A stretch of 64,000 bases of DNA from contig JALNLB010000003.1 in NCBI GenBank assembly GCA_023267885.1, positions 12,792-76,791 of the forward strand. The letters run 5' to 3'. The notes beneath the pieces were generated by a model, which was given only the letters and a program-made list of their open reading frames with translations, was not told the origin of the DNA and ran no database searches. This stretch comes from Candidatus Terraquivivens ruidianensis (GTDB lineage: Archaea; Thermoproteota; Nitrososphaeria_A; Caldarchaeales; Wolframiiraptoraceae). This document shows, in pieces, positions 57,546 through 64,000 of this stretch (position 1 is its first letter; every line of letters starts with the position of its first letter). Position numbers and translations under genes: made by a program.

Positions 57546-58565
57546 GTGACGAATAAGATGGGGAGAGCGCGCATCCTGCTACCGTTAATGGTCCTGCTTC
57601 TCGTAATGCAGTTATTGGTGGTCAACTCACAGCCCGTGCCGGGAGGCTCCTTCGATAGTGCGGGTGAGGTACGCTTAGAGGTTGGAAAAACGGCGCTGGT
57701 TAGTAGTAGCCTTTCACAATTAGAGGACCATTACTATAGGCTATCTGGAGTGAGCGCTGGACACGAGCTGGATCTGAACATAAGCATACGCTCTAAGGAG
57801 GGAGGAATGGTGATGGTATCGCTCTTTACGGAGAAGAAGGCAAAGGTGCTAGACGAGAAGTTTGTCTTAAGGGACGAGGAGCTGAGAAATATACCCCTGA
57901 GGTGGTTGACGGAAAAGGGAGGCGACTTCTACCTCAAGGTAAGCGCGGTCGGAGGAAGCCACGAGTACAACGTTTCGGCAACGCTCTTGGATAGGAGGGA
58001 TGCGGGAAAGAAGGAGGCAGGCTCGAGCATAGAGGACGCGACGTACGTAGGCATGGCATCCTATGGCATGGAGCTTTCCCTATCGGGCTACCTCGCCGCA
58101 TCGGGCGCTGGTGACGACTTTACGGACTTCTACGTCTTCGACACAATGTTGAGGAAGATGGAAGCCGTCAGGATTACCGTGCTACCCGATGCCGGTATGT
58201 CCCTAGAAGCATCCCTACATCTTCCAGACGGCTTTACGGTTACCCGAAACGGCTCCGCATCTCCGGGCAAGGGCTTTACGCTGACGCTTAAGGGAGATAT
58301 AGCAGGCAACAAGACCTTCTACCTGAAAGTTTCCAACATGGACGGCCATGGAGGCGGCGGAAGGTACTCCGTATACATCAATGCTTTTAACCTAACCGCA
58401 CCGAAGCTGGAGCCAAAGGTAAAGATAAACCTGGTGGACAAGGAGCTGGCAAGGCAGCTGATAATAATCTCAGTAGCCGTTATAGCGGGGATGACCGTCG
58501 TAGCCCTCGTCCTAAGGAGGAAAAGCGCCTCGGCCGAAGAGTGGTACGGAGCCTATCAGTATTAG
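57546..58565 (+). CDS. Secreted protein with two beta-sandwich (PPC-like) repeats and a C-terminal TM anchor
   Basis: Signal peptide, sequons NIS/NVS/NGS/NKT/NLT, and a C-terminal IIISVAVIAGMTVVALVLRRK helix. Confidence 0.6.
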   Translation: MTNKMGRARILLPLMVLLLVMQLLVVNSQPVPGGSFDSAGEVRLEVGKTALVSSSLSQLEDHYYRLSGVSAGHELDLNISIRSKEGGMVMVSLFTEKKAKVLDEKFVLRDEELRNIPLRWLTEKGGDFYLKVSAVGGSHEYNVSATLLDRRDAGKKEAGSSIEDATYVGMASYGMELSLSGYLAASGAGDDFTDFYVFDTMLRKMEAVRITVLPDAGMSLEASLHLPDGFTVTRNGSASPGKGFTLTLKGDIAGNKTFYLKVSNMDGHGGGGRYSVYINAFNLTAPKLEPKVKINLVDKELARQLIIISVAVIAGMTVVALVLRRKSASAEEWYGAYQY

Positions 58566-58716
58566 CGAAGGAACCTTTGGGTTTGGTGGCGATAACATCC
58601 GGAGATAGGGATGATAGCATAAAGAAGACAGTCAAAAACATCGTCGGTAATCTCTCAGCAAGCTCGCAGCTTATGATAGCTTAAATACCCCGGGTAAAAA
58701 TTTAACATCGAGCGGT

Positions 58717-59109
58717 ATGGGTTTGGATGCCTTAGCAAAGCTATTTGAAGGTGAGGAGAAAGTTTTAGTCGCCTACGTATTCGGCTCGTATGCGAAGGGG
58801 GTTGCTACGCCCAGGAGCGACTTCGACATAGCCGTTCTTTTGTCGGAGACCCCGCAGAGATTGCTCGACTACTACCTGCACCTTATTAACAGGCTGTCTG
58901 AAGTCCTAGGAGACAGCATAGACCTAGTGATACTTAACGTTGTTCCTCCCGCGCTTAAACATCAAGTTATAAGATATGGCAAGCCGATTTACATTCGGGA
59001 CGAGCAGGCAAGGATAGTTTTTGAGGCAAGAGCCATAAGCGAATATCTGGATTTCGCCAGAATCTTGAAGAGGTATGATGAATGTTTGATGAGACGCATC
59101 CTAGCATAG
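58717..59109 (+). CDS. Minimal nucleotidyltransferase (MNT) antitoxin
   Basis: GSYAKGVATPRSDFDIAVL. Confidence 0.8.
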   Translation: MGLDALAKLFEGEEKVLVAYVFGSYAKGVATPRSDFDIAVLLSETPQRLLDYYLHLINRLSEVLGDSIDLVILNVVPPALKHQVIRYGKPIYIRDEQARIVFEARAISEYLDFARILKRYDECLMRRILA

Positions 59110-59537
59110 ATGAGACGTTAATCCTAGCCAAAATGGGCAAGCTAAACCAATACCTGAAATATCTAAACGAGCTTCGAAAATGTAGCCTAGAAGAATTCAA
59201 GGATGATTTTAAGATAAGCGGGTCTGCCGAAAGATACCTTCAAGTAGCCATCGAATGCGTAATCGACATAGGTAATGAGATTATTTCCTCTCTCCAACTC
59301 AAAAGGCCGGAACGCTACAGGGACATCCCGTACATACTTTCTGAAGCGAAAATAATACCAAAAAACTTTGCAGAGACGTTCGCAACGATGATAGGATTCA
59401 GAAACCTATTAGTACACGACTACGCATCAATAAACCTTGACATGGTTTATGAATTCCTCCAGAAGAAACTTCAAGACTTTGAAGCCTTCATGAGACACGT
59501 CTCCAAATGGCTTAAAGAAGCCAAGAATGTTTATTAG
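59082..59537 (+). CDS. HepT/DUF86 HEPN toxin
   Basis: The Rx4HxY motif FRNLLVHDY. It overlaps the MNT gene. Confidence 0.8.
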   Translation: MFDETHPSIDETLILAKMGKLNQYLKYLNELRKCSLEEFKDDFKISGSAERYLQVAIECVIDIGNEIISSLQLKRPERYRDIPYILSEAKIIPKNFAETFATMIGFRNLLVHDYASINLDMVYEFLQKKLQDFEAFMRHVSKWLKEAKNVY

Positions 59538-60005
59538 AACGTCGCCTCGGGAACTTTGCAACTTATATTATCCACTCTCGGTCCATAAACAGTAAAAGAG
59601 CGACGACCCGAGAGTTGGAAAACCTTGGGACTGGTTTTACCCACCACATAAAATAGCCAAAAAGGCTTACTAAACATAACAGTCATCGATATGGCTTCAA
59701 GAAGGGTTGAGGATGTAGGACAGCAACTCTTATCGCTACCAAAGCAATACAAGCAACGGCTTACTCTAACCTGACATAAGCTTTCTCAAGGTTGCCCTGC
59801 CCCTCGGCGAGCTTCATAACGAATTCTCCTAACTTTGTGACGGCCTCTTCCAGCCCTAAGCTCGCCCCTTATGTCTCAATAATGACCTATCAGAGATAGT
59901 ATTTTATGAGCGTTCAATTTATTTTCAACAATTTTCATTCATCGAAAAGGTTCGAGCCTTTTGGAAAGAAAAACCTTATAAGAAAACTGGCGACTCATCC
60001 AAAAG

Positions 60006-60395
60006 GTGCGTTTAATGGATGCATGCCCTGTCCTTAAATTGTTGAGGAGCATTAGGGTGAGGGCTATCAGGCATGGAACTTATTACAGGAATCTAACCAG
60101 CATAGAGAGGGCTATAACCGAGCTGTCTATTAGATGTAGGATAAAGTTCAGGAGCTTTAGGCTTCTTATGGTAATTGCGAGGATAATCGTCAAGCTACGT
60201 AAGTACACGCCCATATCCTTTTTCGACAGAATTCTATCGTTGGGAAAGGAGCTTGTCAAAAAGGTTTCGCTAATAGCCTATAGCTGGGGTAACGTGTCCG
60301 CCCTGTCTTGGATAGAAGACAGGACTTTTGTCGTTTACTTAGGCATGATGGTGCTCCAAAGGCCGTTCTCAATGTTGATTACCAACTACGCATAA
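60006..60395 (+). CDS. Hypothetical basic protein (may be a gene fragment)
   Basis: 129 aa, R/K/I/L-rich, with no recognisable motif. Confidence 0.25.
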   Translation: MRLMDACPVLKLLRSIRVRAIRHGTYYRNLTSIERAITELSIRCRIKFRSFRLLMVIARIIVKLRKYTPISFFDRILSLGKELVKKVSLIAYSWGNVSALSWIEDRTFVVYLGMMVLQRPFSMLITNYA

Positions 60396-60466
60396 CTTTC
60401 ATGGAGCTCGTATAACATCGACGGGTGTTTAACGACATTAAGCAAAGATAAGAGAACCCGTGAAAA

Positions 60467-61393
60467 ATGGAAGTGAGCGGCTTGGAAGATACTTCTGAAT
60501 CTATTAAGGGCAACTACAAAGTCGTTGCGTGCATACCTGCATACAATGAGGAGAGGACGATAGCGAAGGTTATACTAAAGGCGCAGAAGCATGTAGACGT
60601 GGTCCTAGTCTGCGATGATGGCTCGGCCGATATGACAGCGGAGATTGCCGGGAGGATGGGAGCAACGGTCCTGAGACACGAGAACAATAAGGGGAAGGGT
60701 GCCGCTTTGAGGACGCTATTCGATGCGGCTCTGAAGATGGATGCCGATATAGTCGTCACTCTGGATGCCGATGGTCAGCATGACCCTGATGACATTCCAG
60801 TACTCATAGAACCTATAAAGCAAAATATGGCGGACATCGTCATAGGTTCAAGGTTTTTATCGTCAACAAAAGACGTTCCGCTTTACAGAAGGTTCGGGAA
60901 CAAGATATTAAATTTCTTAACAAGTACCGCATCTAAAAAGCGGTTAACAGATACGCAGAGTGGATTTAGGGCATACTCGTTTGGGGCAATTAAGAGCATA
61001 ACGATAATCGAGGATGGTATCGGTGTTGACTCGCAAATAATAATGGACGCACTCAAAAAGAACCTAAGGATAGTTGAGAGGGGGATATCCGTTCACTATG
61101 AAAAGGGGACATCAACATATAACCCAGTTACTCATATGAGTAACGTTATTGTCTCAATCATAAACTATGCTATCAGAAAGAGACCACTCACACTGGTTGG
61201 AGTCCCCGGATTTCTCATTTCTATTGCCGGGTTCGGTCTAATAGTATATGTTATACAGAGATTCTTTGAAGTGAAAGAGCTTGCGGTGGGTACCATGTTC
61301 ATAGGAGCTCTGATATTCATGATAGGAATTTTCATGATGCTCACGGCTATCATGCTTTATGCTATAACAGGCATAACTACTAGCAGACAGTAA
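60467..61393 (+). CDS. GT2 polyprenyl-phosphate glycosyltransferase (DPM1/GtrB/AglD-like) with C-terminal TM helices
   Basis: ACIPAYNEE...DDGSAD...DADGQHDP. Confidence 0.8.
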   Translation: MEVSGLEDTSESIKGNYKVVACIPAYNEERTIAKVILKAQKHVDVVLVCDDGSADMTAEIAGRMGATVLRHENNKGKGAALRTLFDAALKMDADIVVTLDADGQHDPDDIPVLIEPIKQNMADIVIGSRFLSSTKDVPLYRRFGNKILNFLTSTASKKRLTDTQSGFRAYSFGAIKSITIIEDGIGVDSQIIMDALKKNLRIVERGISVHYEKGTSTYNPVTHMSNVIVSIINYAIRKRPLTLVGVPGFLISIAGFGLIVYVIQRFFEVKELAVGTMFIGALIFMIGIFMMLTAIMLYAITGITTSRQ

Positions 61394-61417
61394 TATGATG
61401 AGGGCGTACATACCATA

Positions 61418-62293
61418 ATGTCCAGCAATAGTGTTAAAGAGCCTGGAAGTGTTTGGCAGGACTTTGCAAAAACCCAGTCCATAGTAGAAAGAGCTGTTAG
61501 GCATCCCTATACAACCTTCCTTAACGTCGTTGAGGGTCGCCTCGTAAATGTTATACTTCGTCAACTCAGTGGTGACTCATACATTTTGGATGTTGGCTGC
61601 GGAACTGGAAGGTGGACGGTAAACATTGCTAAACACGGGGTTAACGTGGTCGGAGTTGACGTAGCCCCGGACTTCATAAAAATGGCGAAGGTCTGGGCTG
61701 TTAAGAAGGGTATAAGAGGTTACACGGATTTTGTCGTTGCAGATGTGAAATCTCTACCATTTAACTGTGACAGCTTACACGGCGCTCTTTGTATAGGCGT
61801 CCTGCAACATCTACAAAGCGTAATCACGATAGCCCATGCACTCCAAGAGATGAAAAGAGTTTTAAGGAATCGGGCATTAATAGTCATGAGGGAGCTGGCA
61901 CCGAAACAGAAAAATGAATACATCATATCACCTTGGTCGCCACCTGCTTTAGCGTTCAGCGTAGGAGAGTGGAAGAAGATGTTTTCTAATGTTAATTTCC
62001 GAGTTAATGAAGTTCGCGGGTTCGAGGTTGCGCCTTTGATGCTCATGTTTGCACGTATTAGCAGGGTACTCTCTGCCAGCCTTCTGTCCAACTACAAACT
62101 AAACCCCTCCCATAAAACATTTCCAATTTTTAAAATTCTTTACATGCTGTTCAGGAACATGGCAGCAATAATATCCTTGCCGTTTGAGCTCCTTTTACAA
62201 TGTAGGTTAGTAGGGATTTCTGAGTTCAAACTTTTTCTGCTTGAAGTTACAAAGGACGATCATACAATAACTAACAAGGGACGGGACGAATAG
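61418..62293 (+). CDS. Class I SAM-dependent methyltransferase
   Basis: LDVGCGTGRWT motif I. Confidence 0.7.
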   Translation: MSSNSVKEPGSVWQDFAKTQSIVERAVRHPYTTFLNVVEGRLVNVILRQLSGDSYILDVGCGTGRWTVNIAKHGVNVVGVDVAPDFIKMAKVWAVKKGIRGYTDFVVADVKSLPFNCDSLHGALCIGVLQHLQSVITIAHALQEMKRVLRNRALIVMRELAPKQKNEYIISPWSPPALAFSVGEWKKMFSNVNFRVNEVRGFEVAPLMLMFARISRVLSASLLSNYKLNPSHKTFPIFKILYMLFRNMAAIISLPFELLLQCRLVGISEFKLFLLEVTKDDHTITNKGRDE

Positions 62294-62339
62294 AAAAAAA
62301 GGATTTAGAAGGTAGCACCCCCGAACCAACTAGAATATA

Positions 62340-63050
62340 ATGAGAGAAATGTTAAGAATTCTAAGCACAGAGAACAGCATGATACGTCCAGTAATTCAGC
62401 TTTTAATGCTTAAAAGAGCAACCCGTTTTACTAAAAAGTGCCTAGGCACTGAAGAAGTGAACATAACTTCTGATCTGCTAGCCCTTCAAAATCATCTTAA
62501 ACGCTTGATAGATAGCTTTCCTGATAAAGGCTTTAGACGTGATTATTGGCTAAGCCCTTATCCAGAAGTAATACTGTACACGCTTCTTAGAACTCTTCGA
62601 CCCAGAACAGTTGTCGAGACAGGTGTTTCAGGTGGGATATCGTCAAGTTATATGTTACAAGCATTAAAAGATAATGGGTGTGGCATGCTTTATTCTATAG
62701 ACCTACCGTCTTCAAGATATCGTTACAGATACAAGTCCGGTTGGATGGTTCCAGAACATCTCAGAAATAGATGGTCCTTAATTATCGGGGATTCTAAAAA
62801 GGAACTGAAGCCACTACTAATAAACCTTAGAGAGATAGATGCATTTTTCCATGATAGTCTCCATACATATGAACACATGCTCTGGGAATACAAGACCGTG
62901 TGGCCTTTTATTCGCTGGGGAGGTCTTTTGATTTCAGATGACATCCAATCAAACAGAGCGTTTCACCATTTTAGCAAGATTATAAACCGGAAAACTTACT
63001 CCTACAGGAAGGGTCCCTTTACATATTTGGGCGTGATAAGAAAATCTTAG
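62340..63050 (+). CDS. SAM-dependent O-methyltransferase (TylF/MycF/CmcI-like)
   Basis: VETGVSGGISS...LYSIDL. Fold pattern of the macrocin-O-MT family. Confidence 0.6.
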   Translation: MREMLRILSTENSMIRPVIQLLMLKRATRFTKKCLGTEEVNITSDLLALQNHLKRLIDSFPDKGFRRDYWLSPYPEVILYTLLRTLRPRTVVETGVSGGISSSYMLQALKDNGCGMLYSIDLPSSRYRYRYKSGWMVPEHLRNRWSLIIGDSKKELKPLLINLREIDAFFHDSLHTYEHMLWEYKTVWPFIRWGGLLISDDIQSNRAFHHFSKIINRKTYSYRKGPFTYLGVIRKS

Positions 63051-63080
63051 TTTTAATACCGCGTGGGAGCCTACATCCTG

Positions 63081-64000
63081 ATGTCTGAATACGTCGTAAT
63101 AGACCCATCAGAACGAACATTTACGGGTTCGCGCATAAACTTAAGTGCTCCTCCAAGGGTTTCGTTTGTTATTCCAACGCTGAATAATGAGAAGACTATA
63201 GGTGCATGCCTTGAGAGCATCAGACATCAAGATTATCCTGAAATTGAAGTGATAGTCGTGGATGGATATTCTAAAGATAAAACGGTCGAGATAGCGAATA
63301 GGTATGCGGATATAGTGCTCTTTGATAAAGGGACATACGGTAGCGCATGCAAGCTGGGCTTTGAGAATGCAACAGGAGAGATAGTGGGCATGTTCGATGC
63401 AGACATTATATTTCCACATCCAAATTGGCTAAGGAACGCCGTAAAGTACTTTAACTATAACGATAGGGTTAGCACCGTTGAACCCTTTAATATAGTTCCT
63501 AAGAATGCATCCATATTCGCAAAAGCGTACTCGGCATTATCTCTTGAACTGATTTTAGAAAGGATAAGGACGGGACGAGGTGTACTTGGAGGAGGAAACT
63601 GTCTTTTATGGAAGGATGCCGTGGTAAAGTCTGGAGGAATAGACGGGAGACTCCACTGGGGTGCCGACTTTACTTGGGCAAAAAACCTGAAGGAAAGTGG
63701 GTACATGGTAGTTTATACATCCGACCCTGTCTATCACATAACTATGAGCACGCTCAGAGAGTTCTTACGGAAACAGATTTATGGGGCCAGAACGTTTACT
63801 GGCTTAGGGTTTGACTTAATGGGCTTAAATAAATCAGAGCTCTTACGACAGCATATGGTGGTAGGAATGAGAGGCCTCAAAAAGATGTTCCTTAATAGAG
63901 AACGAGAATGGATAGTATATCCCCTACTTTTAGGTGCCAGGGTGCTCTCATACGGCACGATATCATTAAGAAACATTTTCATAAAGCAAAGTGAAAAGAA
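63081..64000 (+). CDS. GT2 glycosyltransferase, truncated by the window edge
   Basis: I translated VSFVIPTLNNEKTIGACLESIRHQDYPEIEVIVVDGYSKDKT...DADI. The frame stays open to the end of the window. Confidence 0.75.
   Translation, partial: MSEYVVIDPSERTFTGSRINLSAPPRVSFVIPTLNNEKTIGACLESIRHQDYPEIEVIVVDGYSKDKTVEIANRYADIVLFDKGTYGSACKLGFENATGEIVGMFDADIIFPHPNWLRNAVKYFNYNDRVSTVEPFNIVPKNASIFAKAYSALSLELILERIRTGRGVLGGGNCLLWKDAVVKSGGIDGRLHWGADFTWAKNLKESGYMVVYTSDPVYHITMSTLREFLRKQIYGARTFTGLGFDLMGLNKSELLRQHMVVGMRGLKKMFLNREREWIVYPLLLGARVLSYGTISLRNIFIKQSEK

Noticed and set aside
59538-60005. Imperfect hairpin (CTCTCGGTC...GACCCGAGAG) and a protein-like fragment on the minus strand in the 470-bp gap
   Set aside because: The stem is imperfect with a 22-nt loop, and the coding-like fragment is about 30 aa without homology that I can recognise. 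I flagged only the gap context, not a feature.
1-64000. CRISPR arrays, rRNA genes, transposases/IS elements and integrases
   Set aside because: I looked for short regularly spaced repeats and for DDE/tyrosine-recombinase-like ORFs and found none. The only repeats are the 29-bp pair, the 63-bp tandem duplication and the 24-bp palindrome.

Overview
This window is a 64-kb chromosomal segment from an archaeon. The archaeal assignment rests on an Alba gene, TFE, L40e, aEF-1beta, FEN-1, Cdc48, Trm56 and A-type ATP synthase genes. The strongest lineage clue is a set of tRNA genes whose introns sit at anticodon, T-loop and D-region positions, which is typical of Thermoproteales-like Crenarchaeota. 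The window holds no rRNA, CRISPR array or transposase. Gene density is high and most genes are core. These include isocitrate/isopropylmalate-family dehydrogenase, a sulfur-relay cluster (ArsR-SQR-TusA-DsrE), A-ATPase subunits scattered over four loci, geranylgeranyl reductase, Cdc48, FEN-1, AspRS, a partial nuo cluster, GMP synthase and four intron-containing or plain tRNAs. Three regions look accessory. (1) A roughly 5-kb block lies between atpF and atpE-A-B. It contains a ParA/MinD-fold protein with a degenerate Walker A motif, an EVE/PUA-like protein and a RelE/ParE toxin-antitoxin cassette bracketed by 29-bp direct repeats. It also contains an 834-aa processive GT2 polysaccharide-synthase-like membrane protein (QxxRW motif) whose C-terminus carries an extracellular Ser/Thr-rich domain and a PEP/PGF-CTERM-like sorting tail. 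The gene directly upstream overlaps it and encodes a small exosortase/archaeosortase-family protein. This synthase-plus-sortase pair is the most unusual system I can see. (2) A 2460-aa protein with a signal peptide, more than 40 sequons and a C-terminal anchor looks like a candidate S-layer or stalk glycoprotein. It is followed by two MNT-HEPN toxin-antitoxin pairs, a small anchored secreted protein and a glycosyltransferase/methyltransferase cluster. (3) V4R-domain regulators, a formamidase and ArsR regulators sit around tRNA-Val/Phe genes. Several small ORFs below the 60-aa track cutoff also look real: a Zn-ribbon ORF upstream of EF-1beta and a 47-aa coiled-coil ORF coupled to atpD.
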